The notes beneath the pieces are model-generated. The model was not told the origin of the DNA. It saw only the letters and a list, made by a program, of their open reading frames with translations, and did no database searches. A program made the position numbers and the translations under genes. 64,000 bases of DNA from Minisyncoccota bacterium (GTDB taxonomy: Bacteria > Patescibacteriota > Minisyncoccia > Moranbacterales > UBA2206), in assembly GCA_031291955.1 (NCBI GenBank), contig JARLIA010000001.1, forward strand, positions 5,300 through 69,299, in the 5' to 3' direction. This document shows positions 8,459-16,794 of the stretch, piece after piece. Numbering within the stretch: the stretch's first letter is position 1; each line of letters starts with the position of its first letter.

Positions 8459-10819
8459 ATGAAATATAGTTTCAATTGGCTGAAAGAATTATCCGGCACG
8501 AAAAATTCGCCTGAAAAAGTGGTGGAATTTTTGACGATGCGCGCGATGGAAGTGGAAGGGGTGGAAAAAATCGGCGGCATTCCGGATGGCGTGGTGGTCG
8601 GGAAAATTTTGGAAATCAAAAAACATCCGAACGCGGACAAATTGCAAATTACAAAAATTGACGTAGGGGCGAATAATTATTTGCCCATCGTTTGCGGCGC
8701 CTGGAACATTAATGTTGGCGACATGGTTCCGGTCGCCCTAGCCGGTACAAAACTGCCGAATAATATGGAAATCAAAGCGGCCGAAATCCGCGGCGAAAAA
8801 TCCCATGGCATGCTTTGCGCCGAAGATGAACTGGGACTCGGTAAAGATCACGGCGGAATATTAATTTTGTCCAAAAATGCTAAAGTGGGCGAGAAAGTTT
8901 CGAAATATCTGGGTAGTAGCGATACGGTCATTGAAATAAAAGTTCTGCCGGACCGGGCGCATGACGCGTTGAGCCATGTTGGCGTGGCCAGAGAAATTAC
9001 GGCATTGGAAAATAAAAAATTTGATTATGATTTTGACGGCTTGAAATTGCCGGGCAAAAAATCCAAGGTGTTATCTGTCAAAATTGAAGACAAAAAATTA
9101 TGTCCGCGCTATATCGGGGCGGTGATGACGGATGTCAAAATCCAATCGTCTCCACTCTGGATGCAAGAACGCTTGAAAGCCTGCGGGATAAAAGCGATCA
9201 ACAATGTCGTGGATGCGACCAATTATGTCATGCTGGAACTCGGCAGCCCATTGCATGCATTTGACGCGGATAAGTTGAAAGTGAAGAGTGAAAAGTTGAA
9301 TATCGTCGTGCGTCGGGCGAAAAATAAAGAAAAATTAACTTTATTGGATGATTCCCAAATTGAATTGAATAATTCAGATTTGTTGATAACCAATGGTGCG
9401 ACACCCTTGGCGCTGGCCGGGATCATGGGCGGGAAAGATTCTGGCATTTCGGATACGACCAAAACGATTGTCATCGAGGCGGCCAATTTCAACGCCGTCA
9501 ATATCCGCCGCACGCGAACGCGGTTGAACATAAAAACCGAATCGTCCGACCGCTTTGAAAAAGACCTCGATCCGAATCTGGCCGAAAAAGCCATGACGCG
9601 GATCATTGAAATCCTGGAACACACGGCCGACGCGAAGCTGGAGGGAATCGTGGATGTTTATCCGAACAAAATTAAACCTTGGAAAATAAATCTTGATTTG
9701 AATTATGTCAATAATCTCCTTGGCGAAAACGTGCCAACTAAAGAAATCAAAAAAATATTAGCCGCTCTGGGCATCAGTGCCACTATTCAACCATACAAGG
9801 CAGTATGCGTCATTTCGACTTTCAGAGTTGACATAAAAACGCCGGAAGAGCTGATTGAAGAAATCGGCCGGGTTTGGGGCTATGAAAAAATAAAACCGCA
9901 AGCGCTGATTGAACCAGTGGAACCGGCAAAAATTAACGAGCAAGTGTTTTTTGAACGCAAGGTTAAAAATATTCTCGTCGGTTTGGGTTTTGACGAGATG
10001 TATAATTATTCTTTCTACTCGCGCCGCGACACGGAAATTTGCGGTTTAAATGACGTAAAACATTACGAATTGGCCAATCCGATGAATCCGGAGCAGGAGC
10101 TGGTGCGGGCGAGTCTGGTGCCAAACATCTTGAAGGACGTTCGCCAGAATCTCAAATACTTTCAAAGTTTCGATATTTTTGAAATTGGCCGCGTGTATTA
10201 TCCAAACAACAACAAAGTTGAAGAAAAACGGATGTTGGTGATGACGACAGTGTTGGAAAAAGACAAATCGACTGAAACTTTCTTTCATCTCAAAGGCGCA
10301 TCGGAAGATTTGCTGGAACACTTAGGAATAAATGATGCTAATTTTAACTTAGACATTAAATGTCCAAGCGTGGCACACTCGGGGCGAACAGCCGGAATAC
10401 GAATCAATAATGAAAACATAGGAATTATTGCTGAAATCAATCCCACGGTTCTGGCGAAATATAAAATCAAAAACCGGGTGGCGATTTGCGAAATTGATCT
10501 CGAAAAACTGCTCGCGGAAACTCCTAAAACAAAAACCTACCAATCGATTGGCAAATTTCCGACGGTGACACGCGACATTTCCATGATTGTTCCAGAAGGC
10601 ATAGCTTACGCCCAAATCAAAAACCTGGTCCAAAAAACTGGCGGCGACTTGATTCATGACGTCCAACTTTTCGACTATTTCGAAGCCAAAAAAAGTTTGG
10701 CGATTAGAATTTCCCTGAGCGCCCAAGACCGGACGCTTGCGAGCGGGGAAGTGGATGAGGTGATGAGGAAAATTGTTTTAAAATTAGAAAAAGAATTAAG
10801 AGTGGAAGTAAGGAAGTAG
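8459..10819 (+). CDS. pheT: phenylalanine--tRNA ligase beta subunit
   Basis: The 786-aa product has the N-terminal tRNA-binding domain, B3/B4 and B5 domains, and the C-terminal anticodon-binding FDX-like domain pattern. It lies immediately downstream of pheS. Confidence 0.95.
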   Translation: MKYSFNWLKELSGTKNSPEKVVEFLTMRAMEVEGVEKIGGIPDGVVVGKILEIKKHPNADKLQITKIDVGANNYLPIVCGAWNINVGDMVPVALAGTKLPNNMEIKAAEIRGEKSHGMLCAEDELGLGKDHGGILILSKNAKVGEKVSKYLGSSDTVIEIKVLPDRAHDALSHVGVAREITALENKKFDYDFDGLKLPGKKSKVLSVKIEDKKLCPRYIGAVMTDVKIQSSPLWMQERLKACGIKAINNVVDATNYVMLELGSPLHAFDADKLKVKSEKLNIVVRRAKNKEKLTLLDDSQIELNNSDLLITNGATPLALAGIMGGKDSGISDTTKTIVIEAANFNAVNIRRTRTRLNIKTESSDRFEKDLDPNLAEKAMTRIIEILEHTADAKLEGIVDVYPNKIKPWKINLDLNYVNNLLGENVPTKEIKKILAALGISATIQPYKAVCVISTFRVDIKTPEELIEEIGRVWGYEKIKPQALIEPVEPAKINEQVFFERKVKNILVGLGFDEMYNYSFYSRRDTEICGLNDVKHYELANPMNPEQELVRASLVPNILKDVRQNLKYFQSFDIFEIGRVYYPNNNKVEEKRMLVMTTVLEKDKSTETFFHLKGASEDLLEHLGINDANFNLDIKCPSVAHSGRTAGIRINNENIGIIAEINPTVLAKYKIKNRVAICEIDLEKLLAETPKTKTYQSIGKFPTVTRDISMIVPEGIAYAQIKNLVQKTGGDLIHDVQLFDYFEAKKSLAIRISLSAQDRTLASGEVDEVMRKIVLKLEKELRVEVRK

Positions 10820-10821
10820 TT

Positions 10822-11391
10822 ATGAATAAAAAGCCGCTTCTTATTTTAATTTCTGGAGTTCCTGCAACAGGAAAAACAACGTTTGCGAAAAAGATATCTT
10901 CCGCGCTAAAATTGCCGTCATTCTCAGCCGACGAAATAAAAGAACTTATTTCCGATAGAATTTCCGGCAGAGAAAATGTTGAGTTGTTTAATAGAGTGGC
11001 TAGCGCTAGTTATGACATCTTGTACTGTAACTTGAAAAATATTTTAGAAGTTGGCGGTTCATGCGTTGCGGAGGCGCTTTTTATAAAAGAATATTCGGAA
11101 TCCAAAATTAAAGGCTTGCAGGATAAGTTTAGCTGCCGCGTCATTCAGATATATTTGAAAGGCGATGAAAAAATAATTTCGGAAAGATATGACAATCGGC
11201 ATCTAAGCGGAGAGCGTCATGGCAGCCACGTCCCGACGCTGGCGCTTTTATTGAAAAAATATGGCGGATATGATAGTTTAGTTGAAAAATCAAGATTGCA
11301 GGTTGGTGAAACGATAGAAATTGACACAACAGATTTTTCAAAAGTTGATTTTAGCGGGGTGTTTACTAGAATAGAAAATCTATTAAAATAA
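10822..11391 (+). CDS. P-loop NTPase / predicted small kinase (AAA_33-like)
   Basis: It has a Walker A motif (LILISGVPATGKTTFAKK) and is 189 aa. Its start overlaps the pheT stop (ATG at 10822, TAG at 10817-10819). Confidence 0.55.
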   Translation: MNKKPLLILISGVPATGKTTFAKKISSALKLPSFSADEIKELISDRISGRENVELFNRVASASYDILYCNLKNILEVGGSCVAEALFIKEYSESKIKGLQDKFSCRVIQIYLKGDEKIISERYDNRHLSGERHGSHVPTLALLLKKYGGYDSLVEKSRLQVGETIEIDTTDFSKVDFSGVFTRIENLLK

Positions 11392-11393
11392 TC

Positions 11394-11453
11394 ATGAAAG
11401 AAATTCCAAAAACATACGAACCAGGGGAATGTAAAAATAAAATTCGGGGGTAA
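11394..11453 (+). pseudogene. degenerate duplicate of the valS 5' end (19-codon remnant)
   Basis: It translates to MKEIPKTYEPGECKNKIRG*. Compare the genuine valS N-terminus MTMKQEIPRTYEPGKYEDD at 13184, about 1.8 kb downstream. DNA similarity extends over roughly 50 bp. Confidence 0.5.
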
Positions 11454-11484
11454 AATTAGTCTGTGGATAACTTAATATGACTTC

Positions 11485-11514
11485 GGTTTACTTTTTTTTG
11501 GGGGGGGGTATAAT
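11485..11514 (+). promoter_or_regulatory. candidate sigma70-type promoter with a T8G9 homopolymer spacer upstream of the repeat-protein gene
   Basis: A TTTACT-like -35 is followed by a TTTTTTTTGGGGGGGGG spacer (T8 at 11492-11499, G9 at 11500-11508) and then TATAAT at 11509-11514. Confidence 0.4.
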
Positions 11515-11545
11515 CGAAGTAGGTAAGAAAATAAACAAAAAAATC

Positions 11546-13057
11546 ATGGCAAAAAAATTTAAAAAGGCTGGCATTATAATTTCAGGAATTTTGTTTCTGT
11601 TTTTTTATTGCGGGCAAAGCGCTCTGAAAGTGAACGCGGACGATTCTTGGTCAAATGTAGGATCGGCCGGGTTTAGCAGTGATAAGGCTGATAACACACA
11701 AATGTTGTTTAATCCTTCTACCCACGAACCGTATGTTTGTTATGTTAACATTGATGCCGATGAGAATGCATCAGTAGTTGTACAAAAGTACAATGGATCA
11801 TCCTGGCAAGAGATTGGTAGTGCTATACCCATCAGCATAAACCATGATTTTTCCTGCGCTTTTAATCCGGTAACAAATGCGCCGTATGTGGCCTTCACTT
11901 CCCAAGGAACTAGTGTGCAAGTTTTTACAGTCGAAAGGTTTAGTGGTGGGTCGTGGGAACAAGTTGGTAGCACGAACCCAATCCAAATAAGCGAGGCGAG
12001 CGGAATATCACTAGCTTTTAATCCGTCTACCGGCGATCCATACGTTGCTTATGAAACTGTTATTGATGAAAATTATGTGTTAACAGTTTCAAAGTTTGAC
12101 GGAAGCGGCTGGGTGAGTGTGGGTGATCCGATAGAAGATATTGCCAGTGGTGACGCTGTCGCTAAATTAGTTTTTAATCCATCCACGGACAAACCATATG
12201 TTGCATATGTTTTATTTCCTGATTCGGATATTGACCAATTAATTGTAAAAGAATTTAACGGAACAGTTTGGCAAAATGTTGGCAACCCCGGATTAAACAG
12301 TGGGACTGTCGGGTTTGTGTCTGCAGCATTTGATTCCTCATCTGAGATGTACGTAGCCTATTCTGATTATGACTCTTCGCCAGGTGATTTGGTGGTTAAA
12401 AAATTTAACGGAACATCTTGGGCAAACGTTGGGACAGCCGGGGCTATCAGTAGCGGAAATGTTGAAAATGGGTCCATAGTTTTTAATCCCTCGGATGGTA
12501 ATCCTTATGTGGCGTTTAGTGACGATACCAACCAGAAAAAAATGACTGTCGTGAAGTTTGACGGATCAAACTGGAGCGCTGTTGGCTCGGCTGGATTCAG
12601 TGCTGGACAAGCAGATGGAACGTCTCTTGCTTTTAACCCTTCGAATAATGAACCATATGTAGTTTACTCGGATTACGCCAATAATTTAAAAGCTACTGTT
12701 ATGGGATATGACTCAACTTCTTCATCATCTTCATCTTCGCATAATTCCAGCAGTCACCACAAAAAGAAAACACCGCCACCACCGAAAAGAAAAACATACG
12801 ACTCTGCTTCAAAAATTGCCCGGGGACAAATACTGACCCAGTCTGGCAAAAGGTTTACCAAAAACTCCGACGTAGCCCTTTATTTCACCCGCCCAGACGG
12901 CACCTATTATCCGCCGATGACTGTCCATACGACTTCTTCCGGCAGCTTTTCTGTTTCGTATCATGTTACCAAGCCCGCCGGCACATATCATTGGTATGTG
13001 GTTGACTTGAAAAATCTGAATAAAAAAAGTAAAACCCTTTCCTATTCTGTCCACTAG
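11546..13057 (+). CDS. secreted protein with seven ~52-aa tandem repeats (probable beta-propeller), a poly-Ser/Pro linker and a C-terminal Ig-like domain
   Basis: It has a signal peptide (MAKKFKKAGIIISGILFLFFYCGQSALKVNA). Seven repeats share the pattern (S/N)W..VG…FNPS(T/D)..PYVA(Y/F). These are followed by SSSSSSSSHNSSSHHKKKTPPPPKRK and a beta-rich C-terminus. The track's start at 11477 would read through the poly-T/poly-G tract; the ATG at 11546 is the likely start. Confidence 0.7.
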   Translation: MAKKFKKAGIIISGILFLFFYCGQSALKVNADDSWSNVGSAGFSSDKADNTQMLFNPSTHEPYVCYVNIDADENASVVVQKYNGSSWQEIGSAIPISINHDFSCAFNPVTNAPYVAFTSQGTSVQVFTVERFSGGSWEQVGSTNPIQISEASGISLAFNPSTGDPYVAYETVIDENYVLTVSKFDGSGWVSVGDPIEDIASGDAVAKLVFNPSTDKPYVAYVLFPDSDIDQLIVKEFNGTVWQNVGNPGLNSGTVGFVSAAFDSSSEMYVAYSDYDSSPGDLVVKKFNGTSWANVGTAGAISSGNVENGSIVFNPSDGNPYVAFSDDTNQKKMTVVKFDGSNWSAVGSAGFSAGQADGTSLAFNPSNNEPYVVYSDYANNLKATVMGYDSTSSSSSSSHNSSSHHKKKTPPPPKRKTYDSASKIARGQILTQSGKRFTKNSDVALYFTRPDGTYYPPMTVHTTSSGSFSVSYHVTKPAGTYHWYVVDLKNLNKKSKTLSYSVH

Positions 13058-13183
13058 CAGATGCGTGCGAGTTTGATTTTTAGCAGGGTGTTCTTTATAA
13101 GGAGCGCCCTTTCTTTAATTATTTTTTATCTCCTTACATCCTCGCGTTTGACTTTCGCTTGTATTTCGGCTTAAATTAAGAAT

Positions 13184-15802
13184 ATGACTATGAAACAAGA
13201 AATCCCAAGAACCTACGAGCCGGGGAAATATGAGGACGACATTTATGCCCTCTGGGAAAAGTCCGGGTTTTTCAATCCGGATAATTTGAAATTGCCGAAA
13301 AACGCGAAAGCATACACCATTGTTCTGCCACCGCCCAACATCACTGACAAATTGCACTTGGGCCATGGTTCGATCATTGCCATTGAAGATCTGCTAATCC
13401 GTTTCCATCGCATGAAAGGATACAGGGCGCTCTATTTACCCGGAACCGATCACGCCGCGATTGCTACTCAGAACGTGGTGGAGAAAAAACTTCTGAAAGA
13501 AAAAGGACTGACCCGGCAAGAGCTCGGCAAGGAAAAATTCTTGGAAGAAGTTTGGAATTTTTTGCGCGTCACTCAAGCGACCATTCTCCAGCAAGCCAGG
13601 AAGATGGGCGGCTCGTTCGACTGGTCGCGCGAAGCTTTCACGCTGGATGACCAAAGGAAAAAAGCGGTCCGGAAAATGTTTGTCGATATGTACGATGCTG
13701 GAGTGATTTATCGCGGAGAAAGAATTGTCAATTGGTGTCCGCGCTGTAAGTCCACTTTGGCTGATGACGAATTGGAATATCAAGGACAAAAAACAAAATT
13801 ATATACGTTTAAATATGACAAAGACTTTCCGGTTTCGATCGCCACGACGCGTCCCGAAACAAAACTGGGCGACACGGCTGTGGCAGTCAATCCGAAAGAC
13901 GCAAGATACAAAAAACTTATTGGCCGGACTTTTTCCGCGGATTTTTTGGGCGTACCCTTGAAAATAAAGATTATCGCGGACCGCTCAGTCGAAAAAGATT
14001 TTGGGACTGGCGCACTTGGTGTCACGCCGGCCCATTCAATGGCGGATTGGAAGATGGCGGAAGACAATGGTTTGGAAGCAATCAAGGTTATCGATGAAAA
14101 CGGGAAAATTAAAAACAATTTCGGAAAATTTTCCGGTCTCGCTGTCGTGGAGGCAAGGGAAATGATTGTGGCCGAGCTGAAAAAGCACGCTCTCCTGGAA
14201 AAGGAAGAAGAGATAGAAAATAACTTGTCCGTTTGTTACCGTTGCGGCACGGCCGTGGAGCCGCTTCCGAGCAAGCAGTGGTTTGTGGCGGTGGATAAAA
14301 AATTGAAACGCTTGGGAAACAAGTCTTTGAAAGAAAAGGCGCTGGAAGCTGCCAAGAAAAAGAAAATAAAATTTATCCCATTTCGTTTTACCAAAAGATA
14401 TCTGGATTGGATGACCAATCTTCATGACTGGTGCATCTCTCGCCAGATCTGGTTCGGACACGAAATTCCCGTTTATTATAAAGGAGAAGAAATTTATGTG
14501 GGAGAAAAACCGCCGAAAGGTCCGGGTTGGGCGCAAGACCCGGATACATTGGACACCTGGTTTTCTTCCGGGATGTGGACCTTTTCAACTTTGGGCTGGC
14601 CCACCTCCGTCAAGACTTCGGCGGGCAAGCCGGATAAAATAATTAAAACCGGAGATTTGGCGAAGTTCCACCCGACCCAAGTGCTGGAAACAGGCTATGA
14701 AATCATCACGCTTTGGGTGTCGCGCATGGTTATGATGTCGCTTTTTGCGGTAGGTGAAATTCCTTTTGAGAATGTTTATTTGCACGGAATGGTTCTTGAT
14801 AGTTTCGGGAAAAAAATGTCTAAGTCAAAGGGAAACGGAATTAATCCGATCGATATGATAGACAAATTCGGCACTGACGCGGTACGACTGTCGCTTCTCA
14901 TCGGATCGACTCCCGGGAATGACATGCGGCTGTCGGAAGAAAAAATTGCTTCGTTTCGCAATTTCGTCACCAAACTTTGGAACATCTATCGCTACATGGC
15001 GACCACTTATCCGGATTTTAAATTGGTTGATAAGCTGGATAAAAAACATATCAAAACCGCGGCCGACCGTTGGATCGTTTCGCGCCTCCAGGAAACCGTC
15101 GCGGGAATGACAAAAGATCTGGATGATTACAAATTCTCAATGGCCGGCGAAAAACTCCAGCGCTTCACTTGGGACGATCTGGCCGATTGGTATCTGGAAA
15201 TTTCCAAGGTGGAAAAAAATAAGTACGTACTTGGGTACGTACTGACGTATGTACTGAAACTTTCCCATCCTTTCATGCCGTTCGTGACCGAAAAAATATT
15301 CCAAGATATATCTTTTGGCAAGAAAGTTTTGATGGTGGAGAAATGGCCGGCGGCCGACAAGAAGCTGATTGACAAAAAAGCGGAGAAGGAATTCAAGAAT
15401 CTGCAAGAAATAGTAACCCAAATCAGGAATCTTCGGGCTAGTTACAATATCGAGCCCAATAAAGTTATAACGGCTTATGCAAAAAACGAGAAGCATAAAG
15501 AAGCTGTCGAAAAACTAGCGAGGGTAAATATATTTGTTGCAAAGTCAACTGGCAAAGTAGTCGTATTGCCTGATTTCGAATTAGACATCGCTGATGTTAT
15601 TGATGTTGAGAAAGAAAAAGAAAAGATTAAAAAAAATATTACTCTTCTGGAAAATACTATAAGAAGATCGAGAGAGTTGATAAGTAACAAGCAATTTATG
15701 GATAAGTCCCCCAAAGAAGTGAGCAACAGGGCACTTGCTTCAATCGCTTATAATGAAAAAGAACTGAAAGAGCAAAAAGAATTATTGAGAAATTTGAACT
15801 AA
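13184..15802 (+). CDS. valS: valine--tRNA ligase
   Basis: Class I motifs are present (HIGH-like PPPNITDKLHLGHG; KMSKS), with a CP1 editing domain and a C-terminal coiled coil. The product is 872 aa. Confidence 0.95.
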   Translation: MTMKQEIPRTYEPGKYEDDIYALWEKSGFFNPDNLKLPKNAKAYTIVLPPPNITDKLHLGHGSIIAIEDLLIRFHRMKGYRALYLPGTDHAAIATQNVVEKKLLKEKGLTRQELGKEKFLEEVWNFLRVTQATILQQARKMGGSFDWSREAFTLDDQRKKAVRKMFVDMYDAGVIYRGERIVNWCPRCKSTLADDELEYQGQKTKLYTFKYDKDFPVSIATTRPETKLGDTAVAVNPKDARYKKLIGRTFSADFLGVPLKIKIIADRSVEKDFGTGALGVTPAHSMADWKMAEDNGLEAIKVIDENGKIKNNFGKFSGLAVVEAREMIVAELKKHALLEKEEEIENNLSVCYRCGTAVEPLPSKQWFVAVDKKLKRLGNKSLKEKALEAAKKKKIKFIPFRFTKRYLDWMTNLHDWCISRQIWFGHEIPVYYKGEEIYVGEKPPKGPGWAQDPDTLDTWFSSGMWTFSTLGWPTSVKTSAGKPDKIIKTGDLAKFHPTQVLETGYEIITLWVSRMVMMSLFAVGEIPFENVYLHGMVLDSFGKKMSKSKGNGINPIDMIDKFGTDAVRLSLLIGSTPGNDMRLSEEKIASFRNFVTKLWNIYRYMATTYPDFKLVDKLDKKHIKTAADRWIVSRLQETVAGMTKDLDDYKFSMAGEKLQRFTWDDLADWYLEISKVEKNKYVLGYVLTYVLKLSHPFMPFVTEKIFQDISFGKKVLMVEKWPAADKKLIDKKAEKEFKNLQEIVTQIRNLRASYNIEPNKVITAYAKNEKHKEAVEKLARVNIFVAKSTGKVVVLPDFELDIADVIDVEKEKEKIKKNITLLENTIRRSRELISNKQFMDKSPKEVSNRALASIAYNEKELKEQKELLRNLN

Positions 15803-15875
15803 TATTTTCAATGCAATGTTACAGTACTCTAATTAATAGCAACTTAACAATTTGCGAGCGAAGGGAGGAAGGATT

Positions 15876-16187
15876 ATGGAAAACAAAGAATCAAGGGGCG
15901 TTGTTGTTGTAATCTGTTTATTCTTTTTCTTACTCTGGACACTTGCCGTCGTCAGCTGTGTTGGAATTTCTATTGGTTCGCTCGAAACTTGGCGAGCCGC
16001 CATCAAGCAATACCCGGCATTTGTCAGCAGTTTTGTTTTCTTGCCAATTGCAATTCTTCTATATGCAGTACTCATTGTATTGGAAGGATGGTTGGTAAAA
16101 AGAGTTGTGGAATATTGCAACAATGCCGGATTAAAATGGCAGGGCGAGGAGGTGGCTGAAATAGCCGCGCGACCCGCGTCTCTATAA
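15876..16187 (+). CDS. small two-TM membrane protein, function unknown
   Basis: A strong RBS (AAGGGAGGAAGG) lies 6 nt upstream of the ATG at 15876. Two hydrophobic helices are present. The track's start at 15852 is a TTG. Confidence 0.5.
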   Translation: MENKESRGVVVVICLFFFLLWTLAVVSCVGISIGSLETWRAAIKQYPAFVSSFVFLPIAILLYAVLIVLEGWLVKRVVEYCNNAGLKWQGEEVAEIAARPASL

Positions 16188-16219
16188 TAAAGGTATACAA
16201 AATGAATCAGATGGCTTAC

Positions 16220-16260
16220 GGGGTGGTTCGGTACGAGGTATCAAACCACCCTTATTTTTT
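16220..16260 (+). terminator. rho-independent terminator after the small membrane protein gene
   Basis: A GGTGGTT…AACCACC stem with a 15-nt loop is followed by CTTATTTTTT. Confidence 0.5.
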
Positions 16261-16397
16261 GCACCAGATTAATATTGCTAAATCGTAATAATTAATGCAA
16301 TCGGTTTACAAAGCGAACAAAATATGCTAATATTATGAGTGGAAGTGGACATTTAAAATTGGCTTGAATAAAGGAATTTATTCGCCGATGAGGCGGA

Positions 16398-16768
16398 ATC
16401 CTAGGTATTTATCAAGGTGGATCGAACGATCGATCTTCGTTTTTGCGAAGGTAGGAAAGTCCGGACTCCATCCGCCATTCCGGCGGAAAACAGGTAGCGG
16501 GTAACGCCCGTCTGGAGCAATCCACGAGGTGCGAGCAGAGACGCCAAGATTAGAAATAATCTCGGCATCCTAAGCGATTAGGATGAGTTCTTATGGCAAC
16601 ATAAGAGGTGAAACGGCTAAATCCTTACTCGGGAGCAAGGTCGTGTTCTGTGTTTTTAGCTAAACACGGAAAGTGCCGCTCGAGGCCGCCAGCAATGACG
16701 GTCCCAGATAAATGATCGTTCTCGACAGAATCCGGCTTACAGATCCGCCTTGATAAATACCTATAACT
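16398..16768 (+). ncRNA. rnpB: RNase P RNA (bacterial type A)
   Basis: Universally conserved elements are present: GGAAAGUCCGGACUCC (P4 5' strand), GGGUAACGCC, AAGAGGUGAAACGG, and ACAGAAUCCGGCUUA (P4 3' strand). A long P1 helix pairs 5' AGGTATTTATCAAGGTGGATC (16403-16423) with 3' GATCCGCCTTGATAAATACCT (16742-16762). The region is about 370 nt and ORF-free. Confidence 0.85.
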
Positions 16769-16794
16769 CGCGAAAACCGAGCTAATGTAAGCGA

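Noticed and set aside
15226-15261. 12-bp x3 tandem repeat inside valS (YVLG-YVLT-YVLK)
   Set aside because: It is in frame, because 12 bp is a multiple of 3, and it encodes a hydrophobic segment preceding the conserved LSHPFMPF motif. It is probably benign sequence redundancy, not a frameshift switch.
16188-16397. Possible tRNA or other small RNA in the ORF-free region upstream of rnpB
   Set aside because: I found no T-loop (GTTCRANYC) or acceptor-stem pairing. The region is better explained by a terminator hairpin for the upstream gene plus the rnpB promoter.
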